NCBI RefSeq assembly: GCF_026571515.1
Contig: NW_026852821.1
Location: 62,001 to 126,000, forward strand
DNA: 64,000 nt
Direction of reading: 5' to 3'
Source of the DNA: Ruditapes philippinarum
Taxonomy: Eukaryota
The notes beneath the pieces are model-generated. The model saw only the letters and a list, made by a program, of their open reading frames with translations, did no database searches and had not been told where the DNA came from. The position numbers were made by a program, and so were the translations under genes. Positions 37,801 to 51,138 of this stretch are shown piece after piece. The stretch's first letter is position 1; every line of letters begins with the position of its first letter.

Positions 37801-39871
37801 CTTAAATGTATGCCATTAACCAAAGGCTTAAATCGGCACTCCTCCGAAATTGTGCATAACACAGTCATGTAAAATATATTAGTCTGTCAGATCTTATCAT
37901 AAAAACTTTTGACCCAACATAAGACATTAACAATTCACAAGTTCAACCAATAACATATCATAAGATGCTAGAATATATTTGTAACCCTAACACTTCAATT
38001 TATTGCTGATAACAGTGATGCTTTTTGCAGTAAAAATTGTCATTTTTGTGCACTAAGTGTCACTATAATAACAAAAAGTGATAAAGTTTTAAACTATTTC
38101 TATTTTACGTTTAAATTAATTTTATCACTTATTTGTAGGCGAGTAGCCTGAATGTTATTCTGGCAAAATCAATCTTAAATAATCATTTTTGCAAGAGTTC
38201 TTAGCGCAAGATCATTGTATATTAGCCACCTGTATACTCAAGGCGGTCTGTTGTGGTGCACTTTTCTTTTGCATCAACTGTATCAAGCAGAAACATGATT
38301 GTTTATGTCACTCTGCCGATGTTGAACTTATTGTATTCTTGCAGTAATCTTTTAATTATCTTCATGTATTTGATTGAAATCATGGAGCCATTAGTATAAT
38401 TGCTTAGAAAAGCCGATTACAAAAGTCTGCATGATAAAACTTTAATTCGATAAGTAATATGAGATTATGTTTAGAAAATCCGGTTGTCACTTTCAAAATA
38501 TTTGTCGTTCGATTTTGCATAAAAAGCGCAATACAAAAAACATTCAGACATGGACTTTACAAAATATGATTTGACTCCCTTTAACAAATAGATAAATTAA
38601 AAACAAATAAAATAATTAAACATCTGTCACTACTAAACATCATCAATTTGTGCAAGTATTGGCGCACGCATAAACCTGTTTAAACTACTCAGTAGTGTTA
38701 TAAATACTGACCGTTCCCAGTTGATACCCCTTCTCTGTGCCTTCACACACGTTTTTCATGTATGTAATGTTCCACGTATTGAATGTTTGCATGTTTAAGA
38801 TGTTTTATCTTGTTAAATTGTCGCTAACGGTATTTTCAGTCTATCCCCTCTTACACCATTTTGTACATTGACCCTTGTCCCTTTAATTTCCGCATTGGCA
38901 CTTTTTAGTTTTTTAGTTTTTGTCCCTCCCCATCTTTCGCCGACCCTGTGTCTTCTTAGGGTTTTGGTTCAGTGCCTTCCAGCTGCCCTGCTGTTGTGGC
39001 TGCATTGTGTCGTTTTATACTTTGTTGGTCTCTTCTAACTTATGTCTTGTTAATATTGGGCTGTTTAGATTTCAGAAATGAAATAGACACTTCATCAGGT
39101 ATCGCGTGTTATATGGCAGTTCTAGTCACTATACCCCTGTTACACATTGTTATATTAGTCAAAAACACAATTATATAATATTGCTACTTAGAAAGGGAAT
39201 TTTAAAAAAAAAAGACATGCAAAGTTTTTTAAGCAATGTTAGTAATAACAACAAGTACAGTATGATTTTTGTTTACTCATGTTTGAAATACGTATTTAAT
39301 TAAACATATTTTTTATGATTCTCCCAATTTTTAGTTCGATGCCATCTGGGTGCCCCACTGGTGTGACTAGAGTGTGTCGAGGGCTACGCTCTGTGAACGC
39401 TGCTTTGCCTTTTTGATCTTAAAGTATGTTTTATGAAACAGTTTCTAGAATTGTCAGAAGCTTGTTTGTTATTGAAGTCTTGCCAATAGAGAACGTCTTA
39501 GAATAGAATATGATTGGTATTTGCTTATTCTTTTACAGAAAATCTGTGTTCTCTATCTTGAAATGAGTCATCAGTATGCCAGCAAAATAAATTAATCAAA
39601 TCCTTGATTGGGCTATCAAGATAGAAGACAATTCAATCAATCGTACGAATTGGTTTACATTTTCAGACAATTCCGATATGTTCCAAATGGTCGTGTCCTC
39701 GTGAGAAAATATCTAGAGGTGATAAATGACCAACATCTGCAACGTTACATACAACGCTTGAATGTATTGAATGTAGTTCAATCAAATAGTTCTTTACAAA
39801 GTATTTATTTAACAATATCATCATTATTACAACAAAGTTCTTACTTGTTGTCTCATTTTATTTGTTTTCTT

Positions 39872-39995
39872 GGTTATCCGGCTTGTTACGTAACATCGGT
39901 GATTGTACTCGGGTACCCGCTCGTGCCTGAAATATTTCATCCGTGTAGACATCCGAGGTTTTTCTTCATCAGCAAAGCTGGAAAGTCGGTGACTT
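39872..39995 (+). mobile_element. Headless, diverged copy of the 58.7-kb SINE family
   Basis: 'ggtacccgctcgtgcctgaaata...catcagcaaagctggaaagtcg' aligns with the SINE body at 58800-58930. Confidence 0.75.
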
Positions 39996-42212
39996 AAAAA
40001 AGATTGGTCTGGGCCTGATAAGTTAATTGTTTTTGTATCAAAGCTTTATTCTTACACATTAGATATTCGTAATGTTGAGAATACCGCTCAAGAGTGTCAT
40101 TTACATCAATTTATATTATCATCAAAAAGGGCACGTTGTGTTCTCCCCTCAAATCGTACCCGACGACCAACGTAGTCACAAACCATTATATGTATAGTAA
40201 ATGAACAAGAGAAACACATAGTTTTAACGTGAATGTTTAATATGATGTACGCGACTCTGAAATTCACTTCGTTTAAAAAAATAATAATTTCTTTCTTAAG
40301 AAATGCACTTCATTGAAACGAAACAGATTTTATTTCTTAAGAAAGGACAATCATGTGTTTATTAATTATTAATATTTAAACAATGAATTAAGAGCATTAT
40401 ATCCCTCAGGAAGCTAGCGCTAAAAATTGAAAAAGAAAGAAGAAAGCACAATAAAGTAGCAATATATATAATGAATATCGTATTTTGAATAAGGTGCAAA
40501 CTACTATATACATGTATTACTTGTGTAATAACTGTACCTCTGTCCTAAATGTTGAAGAAGCCATTGCTTGGCCATTGAGTATCGCTTTGGAAACTGGTAC
40601 TTAAACATATAGGAAAAATACACGTGGAGAAATAAAAATTACATGTTTGAAGCATTATGTGCCTTCAAAATAAAGAAATGAAAAATGAAAAATGAAATAA
40701 AATGTGGAGCTTAATGTGGCTTTAAATGTCAAACTTGTAAAAAATTTACAGTGACTATTTTAAGAAATTTTAATTGATTGTATCGATTCGTCAAAACCAA
40801 CATGCATAATCTATTATCTTACTGAAATTGAGAGTCAAAAGGCCAGGAATTCTAGAATTTGACTATTTCAATCAAAACAAAAACGACAGGCTCTGAATTT
40901 TAAGCTTTTTCTTCAAGGAAGTTGTATTATTTCTTTATATTAAACGAAAAATAAATCAAATCCTGTATTTAAAATTGGCATTAAGAAATGACGTTAAAAT
41001 TTAGATAGAGACATTTTAATATGCATGAGGACATTTTAACCAAATCTCATTAAGCGTTTGAATAATTAATGACATTTCTAACGTTCAAAGGGACTCCACT
41101 GATATTTTTTACATAACCGGCCCATACCAGTAAATGTTTTACCGAGTTTTGAAGAAAGATTTGATGAAGGTCTGGCCAATATCTTGTGTGCAAATTTCAG
41201 ATCATTTCCTCATCCCTTTTTTTACTAGTATATTCACGTTTCTTTCTGCAAATTTATCAACAAATGCAAGGCGTCGCAACACTTTTCACTCAATTTTGCT
41301 ACTTTTTGTTTTTTGTAAGAACTGCACAAAAATATCGATTTTCAATTTATTTTTGAGAATATATCTTTATTATCCTTTGCAGATTTTCCAATTTAAGTGC
41401 CTTTGCTTCTGAATATTCCTGTTCATAACACATACGTATGCACTTCTATTATGCTTTAACCGCCCTAACCATCAATGTATACATAAATAGTATTGCAATT
41501 TTATATCCATTAATAAAACCCGAGAAGTTTTACACAGAGATATGGCATATATATTTCAGCTTGACACAGTCTTATGTCCAACCAATGCATATTGGCATTT
41601 GGTATAGCATAATTATGATTTAAATGACTAGTGTGAGTTTATCATTGTCTGACTTTTGCCTTTGTTTGGATGGGTACAATTAAAATGGTATGTTCATTAA
41701 CGTCCTTACCTTTTACGCGAAATGAACAGGTCATCATAATAATACTGAATTAGAGATAGCTTAATGAAACGAATATATTTGCCTTGAATTCATGTGTGAC
41801 GTTTTCTTGACAGTATGATGTATGCCTTTGTTATCTTAGCAATACATAATTCTATTGCGGATCGATGTGTTTCTTAAGAAAGCATACATACCGAAAAAGT
41901 ACAAATATTGTTAGCTGATATGCCTGGTTTATTAATGCCTTTCTCATTTATAGATGGCATTTTGCAAATGGTATGTGATAGGCCAAAAGGTAATCCGATT
42001 ATTCGTTTCAAAGGATGAATGTTCTATAGCAATCAGTAAATAGTTTTCGCACGATGGGATATTGATTTTGCAGGTGAATTGTTTTGGAATTGAAAACCAC
42101 AAACAGGTGTAGCAAACCTTAATACTGTCAATAGTTTTATCAGTAAGCAATCAATAAAAGACACGTATAGATAAGCAACAAATATCAAAGAGGTACAAAC
42201 ACGAGGTTTGCA

Positions 42213-42229
42213 GTGTGTGTGTGTGTGGA

Positions 42230-42275
<46 letters not shown>

Positions 42276-42293
42276 TGTGTGTGTGTGTGTGTG
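42213..42293. repeat. (GT)n/(GCGT)n compound microsatellite
   Basis: Directly visible. Confidence 0.95.
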
Positions 42294-44311
42294 TTTTTCT
42301 TTTAAATAAAAAATGCCAATTCTGGGGTGTTTAACCAATAATTGTTGCAATGGAAAATTACTAGTTCAGTATCATAGTACACAGGTTCATTTAGACGCAA
42401 TAAAATTGAAAATATTTAAGTTTATTTGTTTATAATATAAATCATTAGCCGATTGGCAAAGATGATTTAAAAGAGAGAAAGAGAAATGTTCGGCATGGGT
42501 TGTGGTGGCAAACATGAGTATTAGACTATTAAAGAGAGTGAAATGTTGTGCTAAAGATTGGCATGCGTTGTGGTGACAAACCTTAGTTTTTGAAACATTG
42601 CAGTCTTATGGGTAAAATGTAAGTTTTTGTTTGTGTCCGATGAATACTAGTAGTATATTGTTTACGAAGTAACGACTGTGTTATAAATTTAATGTGTACC
42701 TAACTGTTTAATGCATGACATGAACCGTAGAGGCAATTATAATATGTGAAGAAAAATATCACAAAAAAATATGACAAAGAATAATATCACACACAATTGT
42801 ATCACATATACTAAGGGTACCATACAATTATGTACAAACACGCGATAAACCATTGTATACATGTGCATTCATAGTATCGCAATATCAAATGCAATATGTT
42901 GATAAAGAGATAATTTATATCAAATTCTATTGACAAAGGTAAACTTCTGTTCAATTGCTATTATAAAAGATCTTATTATAATCTTATGGTCAATTCTGGA
43001 TAGTAATGTATCAGAGAATGGCCCCGTTTTTAACACACATGTGCATACGGTACGTAAAAAGGAAACAGAACACAATATTATGGTGCTATTTTAAGTATGA
43101 GTTTAACGATTAAGCGTGCGCCATTCGTGGAAGTAAATTATACAAAGGATTTTTGATTTCATACAGGTATTTCGAGGTACTCTTTTCAAAATTAAAGCTA
43201 TTAATATAGATCTTCAAACTTAAGGCTGTGGATTTATAACTTTTTATGCATCAACATTTAATGAAACCATATGATAAACAAGTCTATAAAGTTTTGTGAT
43301 TTCAAACAACATGGGACAAAATATTCAATCAATACAAGGAAATGCAGTTCTTGTTAAATTTACTATAATTTTGTTGTTTACTATAACGCTGAAAAAACGT
43401 ACTATTGTTTCACTAAAACCTTTTCAAACTAATATGATTTTGTCATGGAAATTTAGAACACGTCTGTTAAGTTTAAAACCACCTTTGTCAAGCTGCGATG
43501 TAATTCGTTAATAAATTAATAAAAACTCATTTATGGCGTCTGGCATAGCAGGTCACGTGTTTGCACAACTGTTAAATGGCCTTTTTTCTGTAGTCTACAA
43601 ACTACATTTTAATTAAAAACAAATTACTATTAAGTACCTGCAGTGAAATTAAGACACTTAATATATCTTATTTAAATTTTTTGACGTAAACATTGACTGG
43701 TCCCGTAGTGTGAGATATCACTTTGAAATTGTAAAATATAACATGTCCCCCTTCTCAGCTCAAGATTAATACATTTTTGTATCATTTTTAACAATTTTAC
43801 CTGGCGATTTTTTTCCTGCATAATTTTTTATGATCTCCAAAGGACGTGTCTTTGCCAACTTTTTTTTTTGGATGTAATGCGCTTCATTATTCGGTCAAAT
43901 ATATATCGACATCTGTCGCTCTCTATCATGTGTCTATTCTATAGTATGTCCATTCTGTTAATTGTCTTATTTTATAATGTGTCTTCCGACACCCGATAAG
44001 ACATACATGTGTATAGGTTGGAAGTTTGAGAATTTGAGAATTTATATGATATTTGCATGCATGTAAATGTGTAATTTAATGGTAAAGTGGACTGGTCTAC
44101 AATGTGCTTTTTTCCATAAGTATTTCATATATTGATAGAAACAATTGAAATGCATCATGTGGATATTCTTATAATGTTGATAAAGTTGTAAAGGATTTAG
44201 TATGAACATTTATATGAGGAATGATATTTTTTTTAAAACAAAACAACATTATTATCTGCTGTATATTGCTATGTCATATCGGACCATGTATACAACAGCC
44301 ATTATAAGTAT

Positions 44312-44608
44312 CTTACACCGGCTGCCGGAACATACCGGAACATCTAGCTCTTTGGTAACTGTTTACGGCGGTGACGAGGCCCTGTCGAGTTTCCGCTTAA
44401 CAGTTACCCGAGAGCTAGATAGTCCCGCCTTTACTTGTTTTATTGTTGCATATATTAATCATAACTCGGAAAGAAATAACAAAAAAAACTTATATTTTCA
44501 TTAAGCACCTTTTTTTCTGATAGAAGAGTATTAATTTACAAATTCATTCATAACTTGTCTTGCATGTACATTGGGGCTATAAGTCCGGTTTTTCTAGCGT
44601 CGGTGTAA
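44312..44608. mobile_element. Probable MITE with internal hairpin
   Basis: Short TIRs TTACACCG / CGGTGTAA. Internal inverted repeat atctagctctttggtaactgtt / aacagttacccgagagctagat (~44342-44420). Confidence 0.55.
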
Positions 44609-45348
44609 ACGATAAATAATCCTGTCTGATATGCAAGAAATATATTTTTTTTAGATTTGTTTTCACGTATATGAATAATACCAAGGTCATCACATAGTTA
44701 CAAATCTTCCTTTATAGACCAATTAACTTTAAATATGAGTAAAGCTTGGTAATGCATAAAAACAACAAACAATTGGAAATGAATGGTTGCAGATAAATTC
44801 AAATTGTGCAAGGAAAAGTCTAATTATAGGAAATATTTTTTTCTTTTTGTTACAAGTGAAATTCCCTACCGGTAAGTTTTATACACGTGAATAAACCACT
44901 TTGAAAATGAAATGCTATTTTGCGTGCACATATCATTAGGCTAGAAACCGTTCTTGTTGAATTGTACGATTTTGTATTGTATTTCCTTCATTAAACGTAA
45001 TATACGAGATGAAAGATGATGATATAAGGTATAATTTATCATCACCTTCTTAATTGTGTAAGATTATTTCGAAAATAACAGGAAGAAATGTGCAGGAAAC
45101 ACTCAGTTAATGAGAAAGTTTACTGGTCATATATCATTTTAATTACCAGTATGACTTGGTTTTTACTGGGTTGAATGCAATCAGCATTTTCAAGTAAGCT
45201 GTCTTTTTTTGTTATTATTTTAATTTTGGAACAATATGAGAACTCATTTTAGAAACTGAACCAAATGAAAAATGTGTAATGTGGTCTATTTTTCGCAGAA
45301 CTTTTCGATTACGGATACATAAATATTTGATATCGTTTGATTTATATA

Positions 45349-45820
45349 TACGAGGCAATATCCGGACTTTTGACTCGTTCTCGAAAACCAGTCAAAATTT
45401 TAAAAAATATCTTTCTACTCTGTTTCAAATATTCTCCACCTACGTCTACGCACTTTTGCCATCTTCGCGTGAGCTTTTGTATTCCCGCTGTGAACCATGA
45501 CGTAGACCTATGTTTTAGGTACTGTGTAACAGCAGATATCAAAGCCGCCCTGGTCTTATATTTCTTTCCAGCAAGCATTTTTTTCAGTCCTGGAAACAAA
45601 TAAAAGTCACAGGAGGCGAGGTCTGAGAGTCCATGATAGTCGAAACACCTATCATAAATCAGAGGGCAAACTACTGTATGCACAACTATCATTGAAAATA
45701 AACTGACCACGTTATTGGCGAATAATTGTAGTTTTTCATTAATATATAATGTATGTATATAGCTGCACGTGGGAAGAGAGGAGCATGAAAAGTCCGGAAA
45801 TTTTCTGACCGTCCGTCGTA
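45349..45820 (-). mobile_element. Internally deleted Tc1/mariner remnant
   Basis: ORF 45342-45710 has 'SDLASCDFYLFPGLKKMLAG...RWQKCVDVGGEY', the mariner YSPDLAPxD C-terminal region. Imperfect TIRs TACGA...TCCGGACTTTT at both ends, flanked by TA. Confidence 0.85.
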
Positions 45821-45859
45821 TATATATTAATATATTTTATAATAAGATATTATTTTGTT

Positions 45860-45946
45860 CTTATTTTATTTTATTTATTTATTTATTATTATTATTATAA
45901 TTATGATTATTATTATTACAATTTTAGTATTTTCATTATTATCATA

Positions 45947-45988
<42 letters not shown>

Positions 45989-45990
45989 TA
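45860..45990. repeat. (ATT)n microsatellite / AT low-complexity
   Basis: Directly visible. Confidence 0.95.
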
Positions 45991-48900
45991 GCTTTATAAA
46001 AATATTTAAAAAGACGGTTAAATATGTTAAAAAATGCTGGGTATAAAACGGGCAAAATGTGATAAAAAGGCACAATCAAATCGTATTACTTTATGTTCAA
46101 AATAATTACATAATACGAGATGGACAATATCTCGAACAATGTCTCTTGAAATAATTATAGAGAAACAACCCTAATATCGGTTACAATTGCGCAAAATTAA
46201 TTATAGACTTTTTTTCTATGTCATACTTTGATTAACTATTATTAATATAAATAGGCTGCGGGTTGCTTAAAAGCGTTTGTAGAGATACAAATAAGTTCTT
46301 GACTCTTTTTTTTATAATAGCAATTGAACTTAAAAATTCATGATCTTATCCCTGAAAATGAATTTATTCATATTTACATTTAGAATATATGCAACAGAAG
46401 TAATTCAACTTTTAAGTAAATATTATGAAAGACATAAGCTTCCGGTTATTTCAAATACGAAAAAGATGTTTTACCAGGTCAACACGGTAGCATATCATCA
46501 TTGTCAGTTGTGGTATTTAAAGCGTTCAACATTAGCCTTTAAGGCGTTCCAAATAAGAATGTGTCCCTTATGGCGGAGGGGTTGTGACGTAATAATTGCA
46601 GCTGATGTTTATCCCTGCGTGATCGTTATAGGCGATTTAATTGGTTCGGATGACTGGAGCTTATGTACGTAAGCTCCAGGTGTAGAGTTTGTGTTGTTGA
46701 CACCTGGTGTTACTTAAAGTTTGTAATTCGCCAAAATCATCTTCCCTGTTTCGGCGCCATATGACATAAAATGTGTTAATGCGACGAAAAACCAGACAAA
46801 ACAAACGGAAAACAAAAAATTGAAAAGCTGAAACTAAACATATCTGCAGCATTTTAAGAATTCCGTTCCTTGTTAGCACGATATTAGCACTGTTGCCACT
46901 TAATCTTTTTCATGCACTTAGTCAATTAAAATTTCCAATTCCTCTAAATTTCTGTCAAATGTTCTCGTTATTTCGTGCGAACACTTAATTTGTGCCGGAG
47001 GTATCGCCATTGTTAATGTGATACATAACGAGAAGTTGACATGGTTAATCATTTTGGAATTCAATATGATTACAAAAACAAAATTTAAACATTTATTATT
47101 TATGCATAACAAAAGTTGCATGATTTAAATGCATTAAACTGCACTAAAAGAACAGAATTTGTTAGCATTTATGAAATAAATTATTTGTTAGCATTTATTA
47201 ATTTGCTTACATTTATAAAACAAGCACAAACAAAGATAACAGCTTATGGTATCAGTTTGAAAAAACAATTGGAATAAACTCAGAACTATTTTATATTCCA
47301 ATAAGTTGTTTGATGCTTAATTATGAAAAAGAAATATAGTTTACTTACATAACAATAGCCCTAGCAATGTTTTCGATAGACATAACAAATATAGACTGAT
47401 ACCATTTATTTTTGTTTTATTATTAGAATTCTTAGCTATAAAATAAAAAGCTTTAATTAAGGCTTGTAGTTTATGTCTTTTTCAGAGTAATCTTGACAAT
47501 TCGCCACAATATAAAACTAATTTAATAGCTATTTAAGATGTTCTTATTCAGAATAAATTGAAATATAAGGAGAAAGCGGACAACTGTATTATAATGTTGA
47601 GCATTGTATTGAAATAGTGTTTATTGTTTAATCATGCTTTAAGCTAGTGATTGTCTTTCAGTTCATGATAATACAGGTACCTGCAATAAAAGTGTCTATT
47701 GTTAGTTATTATTGCTTGATTAAATCTGAAAACCTTTAGCTGAAGGCATTATTAATTAATGTATACATCGTTCATTTTGAACAGAAAAAAAACAACAAAA
47801 TACAATATAGCAGATCTTGTTTCTATACGATTTTAAGGTAATCTAGTCAACGTAGTTAAAGAAAATAAATAACAACATGGATAGAGTTTTTCCTATTATC
47901 TCGTTTATATATAAATGATAAATTATCGTTTATTTTACACTAGCAAATGCAGCGTTTTTATTATTTATATGGGTTATGCTAAATGCCTTTTGGATCTTCT
48001 TACAAAAAAACCGCTTAAATTTGCAGGCAATGTGTAATTATCGCGTTGTGATATAATTAATAACCGTTACATTATAAAACAGGTCTAGTTTGTTTATCAG
48101 AGTGGGTCATGCGCCTGTATTACTGTTTAATGACATTTTGTAATAATTATGTTTAATATGTTTAAATCATAGGCAAATTAATCATAAACCGCCCCATAGC
48201 TAATTTTAGAAACTCGATAGATCTTGTTTAAAAATGTCGATATGGTAAGCTGAACTAAAAATTTAGGATACCATCACCTTAAAATAGATAAAACGGTAAG
48301 TATTTGAGCCCCCCCCCTCTCCTTTTATGAGTTTGATCGTCTGTAACAGTCCTCGCATTCCTAAATTAGTTAGATCGCTTCGCACATCTTATAGTAGCGT
48401 ACTATATAATTCGTATGTTGAATGTCAACATACTTTCTGTAGTATGTGTATTTTGTATTTATTCGACTGTTTAAAGACACTTTAAGTTTTTATTATTATT
48501 TCCTTTTACATGAATTTTGCAATGATTAAAGATTGGCTGAAGTGCATGTAAGGTTGTTATCATATGACGAAATTTGTGCTTAAAATTATCATAAATCTTG
48601 CATAAAAGCTGCGCCCGTAGTTAAACATTTTCTTGTTAAATAGTAATTGAATCAACACTCAATTCAAATTGGGAAATGCATTACCCTGCATTGCAATTGG
48701 TCCATGTGAGAAAAGGTGCACAATTGTAGTTCCCGTATTTACATGCAATCAAATAAATCGTTGAATTCGACAATAATTGGCAGTTTCTGAAGCTATTGCC
48801 TCCCATAATTGCATGTTATCACTAATATCCGCTAGAACAGATTTATTTCGGAGATATTGTCAATGTTAGCGAGAATTCTCTACGGATCAGCAGCATAATA

Positions 48901-50865
48901 TATAACATTGCGAATTAAATCTATCTTCCGATGTAACACTTTGAAAAAGAATACGGCGGTGAACACATGTTCGTTTTCAATTTGCTAAAAAGACAAACGA
49001 AAACAAAAAACAATGTTCGACATATAGCACCATCAGAGAGTATATGAACCAAATAATCTTACTTTACATTTGTAAATTGTTCATATAAATTTCATATTTT
49101 ATCAAAGCAGTCGCTTGACGTATGTCAATATGGAAATTACAAAATTGTAAGGCACATTATGCCTCAGACATCCCTGTTTTTAAATTCTTTTATAAAAATG
49201 TCATTTCTTCATAATGGTTTTAAAGTATATTTGATAGCTGTAAAAAGTAGCATGGAATGTGTAGTAATGTGTCGTAAAAAGTAGTAAAATGTAAAAGAAA
49301 GTAGTATTTTGACTTCCATATAAAATACCAATTCACTTAAATTATGAATTTGCCAACACAACGAAAGAAGCAGGATAGTTTATCAATATGGCAAATGTGC
49401 ATTTTGGATAACTGTGACAAGATTCAATTTTTAAAGGTTTCTTTTTGTTTTACTTTGTTTTTATTTAAAGACATCATTTCTAAGGCATTAATAATATAAT
49501 TGTTCTTTTACAAAGTCTAAACATGTAGAAATCATTCGACCTTTGTCAATGCTAAATTACAATATTAAACAAAATCTTAACATGTTGATGTCTCTAGAAG
49601 TTTATCAATATTTAAATTACATAATTTAACAAAATCTAAACAAGTCATGTATAAAAGTCACAAGACTTTATGTCCATATGAAAATTAAGCAAACTCTAAA
49701 CACAATTAGAGACAACCTTAACATGGAGCAGTTACTCTACTCATGATTTATTTGGGTTTTATAATTTGAAATTTTACTGCAAAAATAAATTTTGAAATCA
49801 TCTAAGGATTATTCATTTTGAATCGCACCAAACAATAAACAGTCTGAAACTTTTGAAAATTACAATGAATTCGAACCAAGAATAATCATTTTATGACTAC
49901 GTCTTAAAATTGTAGCGTCTTATCAAATTTAACATGGAATTTTAGATTTGTTTCTGTTAATTCTTGCTCAGATTATTCGAAAAGGTATCCTTATCACAAG
50001 TATCAAAACAGATTCTCAAGCAGTAATTAAATGCTTCTTTGTTCTGAATTTTTATTCTGCTTTAATATTTAATATTAGAAGCGCTTTAATGTTTGATACC
50101 TTTTCACTCGGAAGTTATATTTCAATGGATATCAAAACATCATTAATTAGCAATAAAGCATTACGGTATTGAATACTCCGATGCTTTTTCTTTAATAATC
50201 ACACGTAATTAACAGATAAAAAAACGTATGCATTTAAAAGCATACATGTAGTAAAATATTATTTTTAATCTTGTTAAATTCATTAAATAAATCACTCATT
50301 AAATTACTTTGAAGTTTTAAATGATTGAATTTACGTTGCTTATCGCATTTACTTCTTATGTACAGAACATTTAGTTAAAATTCAAACTTAACTTTTATTG
50401 CCTGTTGAAAACAAATTATTACATTTAATTAAGTAACGTTTTATCACTTTCCACTTTACTGAATTTATTGCACTTTTAATAACTTTAACAATTTTAATGA
50501 AATCACGTGATTATGCATTTACTTTTCGTGTACAGAAAAAAATAAGTTAACATTCAAACAGAACACAGATCTGTTCGATTAAGCAAGGTCTGTTTTCCGC
50601 GATAAACTTTAAATAGTTAAAATTATTTTTGTATTGTCAGAACTGATTAAGAAACATGTCAGTTTTGGATTTCGTATTGTTTATAAGTGTGTCCCTTTGT
50701 TGGGATTATAACAGAAATATAACCTACTAGTAGAAAGAATCTTTTAAAGATTTTAAAAACGTAAATTGGCGGACGCCTTGCAAACGACCACCTTAGGACA
50801 AGACTGTACACCTCATTGTGTTGTTAAATAAAACTTCTGTTGACGATAAAAGTCCTCACCAGATC

Positions 50866-51068
50866 AACACTTTACCTGCTTGAACCGATATTCGTCAGCC
50901 ATTGTCATCAGTATAGAGCCAAGCCAGCCTTCACTTCCCTGTAGTCTGACCAGGCTCGATACTGTTGGTAGCTTAATTGTTATATTTTGATATTAAAAAC
51001 CCTTAAATTGAATGAACTGTTCTAAATTTAAAGCAGGGGTAATATGTTAAACAAATTCTGGAGGTTAA
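50866..51068. mobile_element. Diverged MITE-like fragment
   Basis: Inverted ends ttacctgct / agcaggggtaa. Internal 'ccagcct...gtagtctgaccagg' resembles the core of the 55.8/56.6-kb MITEs. Confidence 0.4.
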
Positions 51069-51138
51069 GAGTTAAGTTTAAATCAACGGAAGACATTATA
51101 AATTTACCCTTACATTCAGTAAAATTTATAGAAATTTA

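Larger units (their letters stand above)
28990..38430 (+). repeat. Tandem segmental duplication unit 2 (~9.5 kb, contains exon C)
   Basis: Direct head-to-tail copy of unit 1, with unit-specific indels or replacements (e.g. ~31900-32075, ~32960-33640). Confidence 0.9.

Noticed and set aside
42033-42350. HT-repeat ORF (and N/I/Y-rich ORFs at 45875 and 51376)
   Set aside because: Translations of microsatellites.
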